A stretch of DNA of 64,000 nucleotides, from positions 6,262,001 to 6,326,000 of the forward strand of contig JBITNC010000001.1 of the NCBI GenBank assembly GCA_050084985.1, in the 5' to 3' direction. The notes beneath the pieces were generated by a model. That model saw only the letters and a program-made list of their open reading frames with translations, was not told where the DNA came from and did not search any database. Positions 36,101 to 47,805 of the stretch are shown here, piece after piece (the stretch's first letter is position 1; every line of letters begins with the position of its first letter). This stretch comes from Nageia nagi (lineage: Eukaryota; Plantae; Pinophyta). A program made the translations under genes and the position numbers.

Positions 36101-39100
36101 CACTGTTCCATGGAGTTTCGGGAGAGAGGACAAGGGGTACGACAAGACACATCTTCAAAACTCATATCATATGACTCATGAGACTCAAGAGTCAAAATAT
36201 ATCTTATGGGAGTCTGATACATGAAGTAGAACATAACAAAATGCCAAAATGTATCATATGACTCGTAAGAATCAAGAGTCAAAAATATCATATGACTCAT
36301 CCGATAATATTTTAATGAAAACTAATGAGAGTGTCCAATGGGTTTTGTTCACAATCCCGAAAAGACCTCTTTACAAAAAATAGCACTCAAAATTTTTGGC
36401 ACTCCTCCAAGAATTAAAGTTAGTCTTTTTATAAGGTTCCAAGAATTCAAAAATTTCTGAAAGGAAAAACAGGCATTCCAGAAGGGTAAAAATCATACAA
36501 ATGATATATCTTCTAGCTCCTCCCAGCTGAAGTTTGCAAAGAAAAAGTGAAAAAAAAATCCAATTTTGACCTTTCTTTCCTCCCTGCCGGTGCCCAAAAT
36601 CCTGCAATTTTATGCTGATTTTTTGCCAAAAATCAGGGAAATTTTGGATTGGGAAGCACCAGATTTGGACAAAAAATCGCCACATCAGCAAAATAAAAAT
36701 AATAGGAATTGGTTCCAAAAAAAAATTTAGGCTGCCAATCCCGATTTTTGGCTGATTTTTACAACACTGAAATTAGGTGATACACCAATACCTTTGCTAA
36801 GCTTGCAAGCCTTGGGAATCAATTTCATTTATTTTTTGCCTACAGTTATGCATTATAAAGATTGCCTAATTTATGAGGCTAATACATATAATTACAAATA
36901 CAACTTTAGGTCATTCATTTAGTCATTGACTTTTCCATTATTTAATGCATTCTAACAAATGATCAAGCAAGTGCCAAAAGATTATTTGGGTTGTAAACTA
37001 CAATCAAGTACCAAGGCATAGACATTTCAATACAGTGAAGACCTTTGCTGTCCTTCAAAGAATCAAAATATTCTGACCAAGGAAATTAGGTGACACACTG
37101 CCACTATCATTACCAAGTTTACAAGCCATGGGCATAAAGATTTTGTTGCTATCGCTGCGGACCATTTATCAAGTGCAGCCCCACCCACTCTCATTAGATG
37201 ACACTATTCAAAGCCCACAAACACATGGTATCCACACTGTGTTATATTGAAGAATGAAGGAGATTTAAGAGGTACTGCAAACTGTGCTGTAAGTTGAGTA
37301 CAATCTTACACCAAAGAACACATTGCAGACTATACATGGGCTAGTTGAGGAAAGCCATCAATGCCAGTTGAGGTGAAAGTTCAATATTCAAATGCTGACT
37401 TGCAATTGATGGCTAGGTCAATACTTCTTACAATAATTGCAGACAGGAGAATCCGCAACATTCACACCCCTTCAAATGCTAATCTGCCCTTTAAAGACGT
37501 GTCAAAACTAAACTTCCATTCGGAAAAAATATTCCTTTACCTTTTATTCTTCAACTTTGAATACATAGAAGTCATCAGATTTTTCATCTACTTGCTAAGT
37601 CGAAGTTTACTAAAAAATAAATATTCAATCACCATGTCAGCTGATTTTGATGACTCATGGACTGATAACATTTGAAATTTTCAGCACCATTTCACCACTT
37701 ATGAGCACAAATTCATAATGCACCTCATATTCACTAGTTCAGCAAATTTAATTGCAGAGATTAAATTTTCTGTCAAATTTCTGAGTTTGCCAAATCACAA
37801 CATCAACAAGAAGTTTTCATGAAATATATTTAATCAGAACTTAGAAATATTCATATTATAAATAACAGTGAAAAAAAAAGGTTTAAGTTAGGTTGTTAGT
37901 GCTACCGCATTTCGGCGTGCTTCAATAGAACATACTTGATTATGCTTTAATCTTAATGTTAATTTTGACTACCTCGTTTTTCTAAACCAAATTTGTTCAT
38001 TCAAATCCATTAACTTAGAACTAGCTTAGAGACCACATATACCAAGCACAATTATTATATACAAAAACAGTTTGCGCAGAAACATTAAACCTAAACAATG
38101 CAAGCAGAAAAAACAATATTTGACTAAATGCAGTATTTTTCTTATTTTTTCATCGGAGATCTTCTATATTGGCATCCTAGAGTATTTATCAGATTCAATC
38201 AATGAACCAGTACAAGATGCTTATTTAAAACTTAATTAAAAATGTTCTACATAAATTTAAAAAACTGTACTAAATTTCACCATGCTTAGCAGAGTGAAGT
38301 TGAGAAGTTTACCATAACAATATTCAAATTTCGGGTCCTAATGGACTCGTTGCTGACTTCACAACAAGATGGATTTCAACATGTTGAAGTTAAATATCTA
38401 TACCAATAAAAAAGGACGTAACTTCCCAAACGTAACAAGGAAAGGTACCCTGAGAACAAAACATTACGGTACATACCAGTCAAAAACACCCAAGATCCCA
38501 TGATCTATCGACAAAAAAAGACATACTACCCACAACTTGGCAACTTGCATCATATACACATATTTATATGGACATATACATGTTGATGTCAATATTTGCC
38601 CAGGCAAAGGAACATGAACACCATATATAGTTCATACCTCATATATATTATACCATAAGCAAATCAGCAAACCACATATGAAAAGGTCCCAAAACCAAGA
38701 AATGTATCCCTCCTACCAAAGAGAGATATACATTGAATATACACCCAGATATAACATATGCACGTTGCATATATACGAAGATCTCAGTTGCACATCAAAT
38801 GCTGTAGAAAAAGCCCCAAAACACGAATCATAACATAACTCCTAGTATATAAAAGACATAAACCAAAAGACGACATATACACAATAAATATACAACAAAA
38901 AGACGACATATACACATTGAATATACACCAAAAAGACGACATATACACATTAAACATATACCCTAAGATGTCCTTTGCAACACAAGTGCAAACAAACACA
39001 GACGATAAAGCTCACTCTTTTACTTCCTAATACTCCAAATCCAAAAGCGGGATCTAATATCAACTAATAACTAAAATAATCCAGACATAAAACATCAGAG

Positions 39101-39243
39101 CCTACTAACCCTACAATACCCACCAGATCTACCCAAAAACAAAAGCCAGATATTGGGAAAATATGTATGTCTTACTTCTGCCACGCTGCGAGTATGAATA
39201 TGGAGGAGAAGAGCACTCTTCCGGCGAAAGAAATAAACCCCAT
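33080..39243 (-). CDS. HR-like lesion-inducing family membrane protein (HR_lesion), 156 aa, join(39243-39176, 34543-34429, 34178-34089, 33977-33879, 33178-33080)
   Basis: All four introns are GT..AG and the frame is maintained. Product: MGFISFAGRVLFSSIFILAAWQKINDFGTDGGAAVKSMEPKFGLFKNHVTTLLGYQVPDVEMKHLLMAAIGLEGIGGILFIFGSTLGAYMLLIFLAAMTPIMHDFYNYDMATPVYLSEFVQFLKNLSLFGALLFFLGMKNSFSKKPKKKGTKSKIN*. Family motifs recognised: GRVLF, FGxDGG, GGxLFIFGS, TPIxHDFYNY, LFGALLFFxGMKNS. Confidence 0.93.
33879..33977 (-). CDS. Coding exon 4 of the HR-lesion gene (99 nt)
   Basis: ttgcag|CTC ATT TTC...CTG AAG|gtttgt. Confidence 0.92.
34089..34178 (-). CDS. Coding exon 3 of the HR-lesion gene (90 nt)
   Basis: tacag|ATG AAG CAT...ATG CTG|gtttgt. 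Lies within ORF 34002..34190(-). Confidence 0.92.
34429..34543 (-). CDS. Coding exon 2 of the HR-lesion gene (115 nt)
   Basis: ttcag|G ATA AAT GAT...GTT GAG|gtgagc. Confidence 0.92.
35141..35454 (+). mobile_element. ~270-bp 5'-truncated retroposon (LINE/SINE 3' end) with 23-bp target-site duplication, in intron 1
   Basis: aatattaggttaccaacaaatat occurs at 35141-35163 and 35432-35454. The insert ends aataaa...ccttaccaaaaa. Confidence 0.75.
35681..36769. mobile_element. Non-autonomous hAT-type DNA transposon in intron 1
   Basis: 8-bp TSD aaattagg at 35673-35680 and 36770-36777. Imperfect TIRs CAAAGTTATCAGACTCGG / CTGATTTTTACAACACTG. Confidence 0.75.
38845..38962. repeat. ~34-bp tandem repeats (3 copies plus a partial) in intron 1
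   Basis: aaaagacgacatatacaca repeated three times. Confidence 0.8.
39176..39243 (-). CDS. Coding exon 1 of the HR-lesion gene (68 nt)
   Basis: ATG GGG TTT...CAG AA|GTAAG. Confidence 0.92.
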
Positions 39244-39489
39244 TGCTAAAATTGCTCGGAAAATCGCTACAGCAGCTCAAACCAGCGTCGGTAAACCTTC
39301 CAAATCGATTCAAGCGGCCGGAAAGTCGGAAGATCTAAGGCAGAATTTGGGACGGATTTCAGCCGTGAAAATCGATGTATCTCACAATCGAGTAGACCAA
39401 AAAACATCCAAACCCCAGTTCAACAAATCTGCTTACCGTGGTGTAGGTGTGTATTAATACTGGGGTTAGTGTTAGTGTTGACTGACGAG

Positions 39490-39670
39490 GTTTCTGGACC
39501 GTTAGATCTTGTGTGACGTAGGCGGATTTAAGGGTGCGCATTGCCTGACGTGGTGGGAGCAGAGGGGTTGGGTGATGACGTGGATCGTGATGGATGGATT
39601 ATGGAGGAAGGTTTGAATTGATGCGGTGGTGACCTAAGTTGACCAATAAAGAAAGGGCGGGAATTTAAAG
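39490..39670 (-). promoter_or_regulatory. Proximal promoter of the HR-lesion gene with bZIP/UPRE-like boxes, CCAAT and GC box
   Basis: GC/CpG-rich patch upstream of the ATG. TGACGTA at 39514, TGACGTGG at 39546, GATGACGTGG at 39574, CCAAT at ~39643, GGGCGG at ~39655. Confidence 0.6.
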
Positions 39671-39929
39671 GTTTTTGAAGTTGGTACAACAACCAGAAAA
39701 AGGGGTTCAAAATATTTTTTCAAATAAACATTTAATGTAAGTATTTAAATTTAGGTTTTGCTTTATGTTATGTTCATTATGATAGATTTTCATAAAATAA
39801 TTTTTTTTATTATTATTTTTATGGTAGTTTATTTTTGTGGATTTCTATTTTGAAATTAGATTTTGTGTTGTTAGGGTGGGGAGGTTTTTTTTATGTCCAA
39901 ATCATTCAAAAGTTGTATTCGACCTATAC

Positions 39930-41680
39930 TCATTTACGAAAAGGGGGATCTATAGAAATACAATGATAGATGAGTATCTTCTAGAATTATGATCCTTTAA
40001 GAGCTTTGATGATCCATTTAGCACGTAAGATAATGTATTAGTGGTGGCATCAAATAGCCTCATGCCTCTAGAATGCTTAAGAAGATAACAAATATCCCAA
40101 GTATCTATGTGGAACCCCTTTTTTTAGAGACATTGGCCCGTAAGAAATCTCTTAACAAATTCTCAAGCTTTTTGTAATAGATCTTTGAAGGGACCTAATA
40201 AGATGAATAATAGACATGAGAAGTGCCAAGGACTTTGGAGCATATTTGGAACTTATCAGTAAGAGAAAGCTTTTTATATGTCATATAGAAAAGCTTCTTC
40301 TCTACTTTTTGGACCACAAAATCCTAAAGATGAGTAGAGAAACTTTGGAAGGCAAAAGGAATGCATGAGAATTTGAAGGTCTCTTTAGGTTGGATTAAAT
40401 GCCCTTGATATTGAGAAAGCCAACTAAGAAGGGATGTTTAAGATTTTCTAAAACAAAAAGTTTTTCTATATTAGATACTAGATCCATAGGCCAAATAAAA
40501 AATCTCCAAGCAAAAAAGGGATGAAGTGGTGAATTCCTTGTCCTCTCGAATGGACAAAAAGGATTCATCAACAAAGTGGCCATTCATAAGATGGATTTAA
40601 GAATTAGGAAGGGAGATCCTATGATTGGACCCTTGATCAACCTTATGGGTAAGTAAATAGCCAAAAGCTTCAACAATAAAAATATATAAAGATAAAGTCA
40701 AAAGATAAACTTACCTAACCAAACGAAAGAGACTAATGGATTTGTATTGATGATTATTTATAATAACAATAGTTGAGGCATCATTAAAAAGGATATTGAC
40801 ATAATTAATAATGTGGGGGCTAAACCCAAGTGCCTACAATATGGTGAGGATAAAATATCACTCAATTTTATCATAGTCTTTCTCAAAATCAATATTGATA
40901 AAAAGTAAATTCTGGTTAGAATATTATTTCCACTCAATGCCTTCCTAAACAAAAATTACATTATAAAGAATATACCTACTTTAAACAAATTTAGATTTTC
41001 ATAGCCAACAATAATGCAAGGCAAGGTCCTAAGCATGAGAGTTAATGCTTTAGCAATAATCTTGTAACTCACATTAAGCAAGGTAATAGGTCTCCAATTG
41101 GTGATTTGATATATCCACCTTTGGTAATACATTTGATATTGCCTTTATTTACAGTGGATCCCAAGAAACCAAATATCATCTCTTCGTTGTAAACATTGAC
41201 AAGGTTTAGGCCAACCATATCCCAAAACTCTTTGTAGAACTCATAAGGGAAGTTATATAGACTAAAACCTTTTTCATTAGATATCTAAGAAATATCTTAA
41301 GAGAGATCATCAAGAGTCAAAATCCTATTTATGTTGCTCCATAAAAAGCTTCTCAAAAACCTTAACATGATATTTAGCCAAAGCTTGTTGTCAAAATGAG
41401 GCAAGAGGTTGAGAATTAAACACCCTCTAATAATAATTTACAAAGGTTAAGGTGATATCAAGAAGGGAAGTAAATCTCTCACCATCAATTTTAATCATTT
41501 GAAATTAAGTGGTATGGGGATTAGGCCTAGTTTAGAGCAAGTGAAGTCTTGCCCAAAATTGGGCACCTTAAGCTTCATATAGCTCATCCTTTTAAAGCTT
41601 GTGATATAATTGAGCCATGTAATCTTGAATAGACGAGATAAAAGGGAAATCTTTTAGATGAATTAAGCCCATTAGTCCCT
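39930..41680 (-). mobile_element. Degenerate L1 ORF2 fragment, same family as the 19.5-31.2 kb L1
   Basis: Minus strand NWRPITLLNVSYKIIAKAL (~41100-41045) and ISLPNS.IHLMNGHFVDES (~40620-40560), versus ISLPGNGGQLINGHFTDDS in the other copy. Confidence 0.8.
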
Positions 41681-41684
41681 ACCA

Positions 41685-44600
41685 TAGTCTTTGCCCTTAT
41701 CTCGACCCTTATGGTTGTAGTCTTTGTAATTGCTACTTGAGAGGGTGTCAATTACCGAATTGAGTGCCTCTCACTACAATGACTCCTCGCTAAGCTCTGT
41801 GACATACTCTGGGCTATCGATGTGATCCTAAAGGCCTCTAGGTCGATAGGCTCTAGCAGTAGTCATTACCATGCCAATGCTCTCATGGTGGCCCTATCCA
41901 CCTCATCTAGTGCTCAGTTGCGCTACCTTGATATGCTACTCAATGTTATGGGGGGCCTCATCTCTAGTGGATCCATCTGGACCACTGCATCTATCAGTAT
42001 CCCAGTCCTATCATCCAAACCTATCAACAATGCCTTTATCTGAGTGGTGATCTTAGCATTAGGGCCCATGCCCCCCTTAACTTGCACTTGGAGGGCATCT
42101 CTCTTCCTAGCCACTACCGTAAACACCACTAATAGGGTCTACATTTTGCTTTGCAAGATGCTACCCCATCCCTTTGTAGCTACCCTAGTAGTTTTCTTTA
42201 CCTTCAACTAACACTGGAGGATGTCAGCTAGTCCTGAGGCTACTGCACATGCTACCTTAGCTATCACCTAAGCTACCATTGCTATAGTCTTTATTGTCTA
42301 CTCTATGACTAACTATGCTTACACCTCCTCCACTTGAGCCTATAATCTATCCCTCTCTACCTGTAGCTCAACCATTTGAGGGTCGAGCTCTCCAAGATGG
42401 AATTATGGGATCCTCGATCTATCCCCCTCCTCCTAAGATGGCTTCTCTGGGATGTTCGTATCCATATCTTATACATGATGTCCCTTAACATCCCCAGGGA
42501 CATCCTTACCTTTGGTATCATCCTTACCCTCTGCCTCCTCTCTAGCCTCTTCATACCATGGGATGACTCCCCCTTTGGGACCCAAGGGTCTATGGTTGGG
42601 CTCCTCAATATCTCTCTACAATTACCCTTACCAGGAGCTAATGTTGCTATGATGTCCACCATGCATCATGGTCGGGTGTGGTGCTTACATCATCTATTAT
42701 TATTTAGCTAGTGGCACATATGGAGCTGCATCAGGCTTTACATACGTAAGCCTCAACCGTGTTTGTACCTCCCTATCAACTCTCCCATATAATACTGGGT
42801 TAAGAGGGACATCCTAAACTAGCTTGTGCTTGCATTGGACTCTCTCAAACCTTAAGATCATCCACATACCTAATGTGGTGGGCCCTGACATGTTGTGTCC
42901 TATATGCATGGGCCAACTACACTACATCCTTCTCCCATGTTGACCCTCCCTGGTAGGGATAGTAGATAATATCCTATGGTTATAGGCCTACAGCATCTCC
43001 CTGTACCACTCAATGTTGCCCTTATTTAGGCATCTCCTTGGCCTCTCCTGCTCATGTTCCTATCAATGAGCATATGATAACTTAATCCTTATCACTAGGG
43101 GGATGTCCCCTATCATCTTCGATTTATGCATGATGATCGATAGTATTTTCGACCTCCCTAACTAAATGTCCTCCCAGGCCCACACCTGTAGTAGTAGCAT
43201 CATGTTGATCCCTCGATTACCTTTGGTGCCCATCCCCTACTCCCTATACATTTGTGCTAGTAGCATCAAGCTCGATGCAATGAATGTCCTCTCTTAGACC
43301 ATCCAGTGATGATCTCAAACATGTTCCAAGGGAACCTAAGTCCCTAGGAATCTGGAAGTATGAATGATGAAATCAATAGCATCACCATCATCTCCCCCCA
43401 TTCAAGGTGACCCTCATGATATAGGGGAGCGATAAGCACCCTTCTAGCCTGGATGTCCCAAGTTTGGTACCCTTCTCTGATGTATGGCCTAATGATTGCC
43501 TTGTCTGTAGCCATAGTGATTTGCTCTCCCTTGAGAGGCATTCTAAAAACCCATAAACATCCTCTAATGTCATTGTCATATCCCCTATTAGGAGCAAGAA
43601 TGTGCATTGATCTAGATCAAAATGCTCTCCTAATGCCATCTTGTACAAGGTGTCTCTCATGATAGGGATAATCCTTCCAGATCCTACAAGCCCCACAGTC
43701 TCTAGCCAATCCCAGTTTGCTTGGGTCAACACCACCCATACCTCTATCCATAGAGGTCAAAACTTGTGTTGGAGTTTCATTTGGCATAAATTTTGAGATG
43801 TTAGTATTTGTTAGTCAATTTATTATGTCTATTTTCAAAGCCAATGGTCTCTATGTCTATGTCAATCCTATGTGCTACCTAGGATGCATATTTGAGTTTT
43901 ATTTAAGTTTGCATTTCCTATTTTTCAATGTGTTCCCTTTTGATCAAAATTGTCCTTATAAGGGGTGACTGGTTTAACCTTATTGTCCATTTCTGAGATG
44001 AATTGGCAAGTAGTTTGGATGATTTATCTAATCATCCTTCACCCAGACAACCCCAAATCAGATCGTTCGGTATAAGGATGATTTGCAAAGTTAAAATTTT
44101 GAAAAAAATAAACTATATATGCCTAAAAAATTCAAATTTAAACACATTAAAATTAATAAATATACATAAACAATCTCAATCAATTAACTATATGTGTCTT
44201 GGTTTCTTAATGCCTTGTGTTCCATGGGGTAATCTGAATGCAATATGTGTGTGTTGTTTATTTTCAAGTAGAAAACCTTTTTTAGTTCTTGAAGTCTATA
44301 ATTCTTCCTCTATTAATCATCTCTGATACCTATTCAAAAATTAATATGATCCTTTAGCTTGGATAGGATTTTCATAGTTGTTTGCTAGTGGTAGTGTAAG
44401 GATTCTTATAACAACCAAGTCAAGAGATTGATTCTTTCAACGACTATAGGAATGTATTCAAGTATAATTACAAAATATGTTCATAAACTAACAACTAACT
44501 TTCAATGTCAAATAAATAAATGTGATCATTTCCATGAGTCATAACTTAAAAAAAAATAGTCAAAACAAATGTATAATGCAAACAAATATGTAAAATAAAA

Positions 44601-47089
44601 AGAGGGTTTTATGGGTAGGTCATTGACCTTTTTTTGGGGCATATCATATCCACCATGTGTACCTCCCCCTCCCCCTATCAATGCTACCATGTGTGCAGTG
44701 TTTGGTCTAATTCCTTGCCTCCATCTTAATCAATCAAATCCCAATATCAGGTCACCATGTAACAATAACAATCATCAGCTTAAACAGTCAAAATAAGCAG
44801 AAATAAGTCATTTTTACTTTTTATTTTCCATTTTTACCCTAATCGGATCATTCGTAAGATCCTTGATCTCCCAGATGACTTGGTTTACCTAGTTATTCAA
44901 ATGACTTGCAATCGTCAGGATCATCTGCTATGTAATTATTATACTTTGTAAACTTTCGATCATGATCATCGTTTCCTGCTCCATTTAGTCAAACGATCAA
45001 GCGTCTTATCTTATCATCCATCACACCTTCCCATTTGAAGGGGAAATATTCGCACATAATTTCAAACTGATCGAATTTTCACTTTTTAGTAGGTACATCA
45101 TGAAATTCATGAGGGGCATGTTGGATGCATGGTCAACCCTTCTTACATCATGAATGTTCATTGGATGATTATCAATTCAACATGATGGTTTGGAAATAAA
45201 CATATTCTAACATCATCATGCTTAATATGGTCACTTTAGGTCAACACAATGGATTAACAATAAACACATTATGACATCACCATATTCAACACTATTAGTT
45301 TATCGTGACATGATTGATTAGCGATCAACATATTCAAACATCATCATGCTTAGCTTAGTCATTCTTATGCAAGCATCGTATGCCTGCATGCTATGGTCCC
45401 ATGCTTGGTAGGTCTACAAGCCTACATTACCCTTTGATTGCTGGGGTAAAGTAGAATTAGATACCCTTTAGATACTGGGGCAAAGCAAAGATCATTTCCC
45501 TTTTAGCACTTAGATTATATTAGATTAATCTAGATGCTTTATCATTTAATGGCTACTTGATTTACTTGTCATATATTTGTTATAGGTCTATTTCATGAGG
45601 TCCAATTCCATCTTATATGACCTATCATGTGTCGAAACTAGACTTTGTTAGATCCTCATGGTGCTCGATTTCATCTTATATGAGCTATCATATGCCAAAA
45701 CCATATTAGGCTCAAGTGATTAGGATGATCTTATATAGCCTGTCATGCATCAAAACTAGCTCTCATCTTAATCATTTTACTATCATTTATCATTATTGAT
45801 TATCAACTATCATTTTATATGTTTTTTATACTAAGCTTCTCATAGGTTTGAAGCTCAACACAAAAAGGGGCAACTGTAAAGACCCTAAAAATTTATTCTG
45901 CTTCATTGATAAGGTTACATTGACATTTTGATGTATATCATGTGCTATATTATCATGTTGGACTAACGTGTATTTTGTAGGTTCTTTGATCAGATTGATT
46001 GATTAAGTTTTATCATTTTATTTTTGCTAACACCTTTGGTTCCAGTCACCCGGATGACTTGTCATTCGCCCAAACGATCCTACAGACATCATAGTCATCT
46101 AAACAATTATGAATGAGCATTATAAAAGTTATAAGGTACACTTTTTGAGCTTTTTCTTTAATTTTTATAGTCTAACACATACATACTCTGCAACTTTACA
46201 CATTTTCCAATGCTCGTACTTAAGTTTTATGAGATCATTGTGAAGGACACCACATTAAGAGCATTCCTCTTCAATACTTGAGCACACTTCTCCATTTTAC
46301 ATGGATTGAGGTAGTCTTTGACTATTTAGGGTTTGCTTGAGACATTAATGTTGTCTTTCACTATTATTTACAGATTTGATAGATCAAAGCATTATTGATT
46401 AAAACTTGTATCCTTTATTTAAATATATACTTGCATTTGTGTGATATATAGGCATTTTTCTAGGCTAATTACATCCTAGGGTTTAGGCTAGGGTTTGACC
46501 TTTAAGGTCCAAACCCTAAGGTTATCGCATCTTTGTTGGTTTACTTGCATTCTTAGCTTAGATATACTATTCTTAGCTTTGAATTTGTAACCATTCTTGT
46601 CATACATTGTAATTTGAATGGATCTTTGAACATATATTGTATTTTGTCAAATCTTTAGCATAATTTGTCAATTTAGCATAGTTTTTTCATTCACACTTGT
46701 CAATTATCTTTGTCCAAAAATTTAGAATTAATCTTTATGAGTCTTGAATACATTTGCATTATAGGCATTGATATCTTTATGAATATCCATTTGACTATGG
46801 ATTAAGGGGATCTAAAACCTTATAGAGTTGGGGTTCTACCTCATTTTAGACAAGCACAAGGTCCAAAGGACTTATGATTTGAGGTATCCTTTAATCTTTG
46901 TTGTTTCCTTTCATATATGAGCATTATTTGACATCATTGAAGACTAAGGACCATTTCTAAACCTTGCTTTTATCATTACCATCATATCAAAACATAAGAA
47001 CGTTAGAATTGAATAACTTAAAATATTTGGAGTGCTCATAGATGGTTTGAGTGTTTCAAGTGTTAGGGTTTTGAGGTGTTCCCAATACA
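41685..47089 (+). mobile_element. 3' half of a Tat/Ogre-type Gypsy element: antisense PMD ORF, PPT-like ctggggca motifs, PPT and LTR (~45875-47089)
   Basis: aaaaggggcaac|TGTAAAGACCCTAAAA at 45875 and a candidate end ..cccaatACA at 47089. An antisense PMD remnant lies upstream. No gag-pol is left in the window. Confidence 0.6.
41700..43740 (-). pseudogene. Decayed plant mobile domain (PMD) ORF with downstream low-complexity/coiled-coil region
   Basis: ORF 43388..43735(-) reads MALGEHFDLDQCTFLLLIGDMTMTLEDVYGFL, matching the PMD motif ALxERWxxETxTFHLPxGEMTITLEDV. LLLQVWAWE occurs at ~43200-43170. Confidence 0.75.
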
Positions 47090-47397
47090 TAAATTCATTT
47101 TGAAGTAAATTCTGTAAACTTTCTCAATATTGGAATTGTTGTGCATTAGTCCTCAAAATTTTTCTTATGCACATTGGATAATATACTTATTGGAGTACAA
47201 AGTTTTTTAACTTTTTCCACAAGATTTATTGATAATAATTCAATATCAATTACTTTTACATAAGTAAAATATTTGCTTTAAAAAAATAGAAGTGTACGTT
47301 CCTCTCTAATTTTGTAGAGTTTAGTAATATGCAACATTTTTTTTAATAAAGTTACTCTTAAAGGGGAGTATAAAATTCATTTTTTTTTTTAAATATG

Positions 47398-47555
47398 CTT
47401 CCATGATAGGGAAATTGATGCCTCTATACTTCCATGTTTAGGAAGTTTATCCATGTTAATAGATTAATACCACTATACTTCTATGATTGGGAAGTTTATC
47501 CATGTTTATGGATATGCCACTATACTTTCATGTTTGGAAAGTTTATCCATATAGA
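47398..47555. repeat. ~47-bp tandem repeats
   Basis: ctatacttccatg(t/a)tt(a/g)g(g/a)aagtttatccat repeated three times plus a partial copy. Confidence 0.75.
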
Positions 47556-47597
47556 TGTATTATTTACCACATTGCTATTTGTTAGAAAGTTTTAGTG

Positions 47598-47775
47598 GAT
47601 GGAGTGGTTAAAAAGGTTCACCCTTCTCCATGATTACATTGTTGGAGTGGTTAAAAAGGCTTGCCCTTCTCTATGATTGCACATTGTTGGAGTGGTTAAA
47701 AAGGTTCGCCCTTCTCCATGATTGCACATTGTTGGAGTGGTTAAAAAGATTTGCCTTTCTCCAAATTGTTGTTGG
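47598..47775. repeat. Four 45-bp tandem repeats
   Basis: tggagtggttaaaaagg(t/c)t(c/t)(a/g)cccttctc(c/t)atgatt(a/g)cacattgt repeated four times. Confidence 0.9.
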
Positions 47776-47805
47776 ATTAACGCTACCAAATTCTATCTTA
47801 TGCAT

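Noticed and set aside
37361-37675. 104-aa plus-strand ORF or snoRNA inside intron 1
   Set aside because: No recognisable domain, and no properly spaced C/D or H/ACA boxes on the transcribed strand.
39095-39541. ORFs of 60-96 aa over the gene's first exon and leader
   Set aside because: They are alternative-frame or antisense ORFs in GC-rich sequence. The spliced HR-lesion frame explains the region.
46476-46522. Telomere-like tagggttt/aaacccta motifs in inverted arrangement
   Set aside because: Only 2-3 isolated telo-box-like copies inside an LTR, not an interstitial telomere array.
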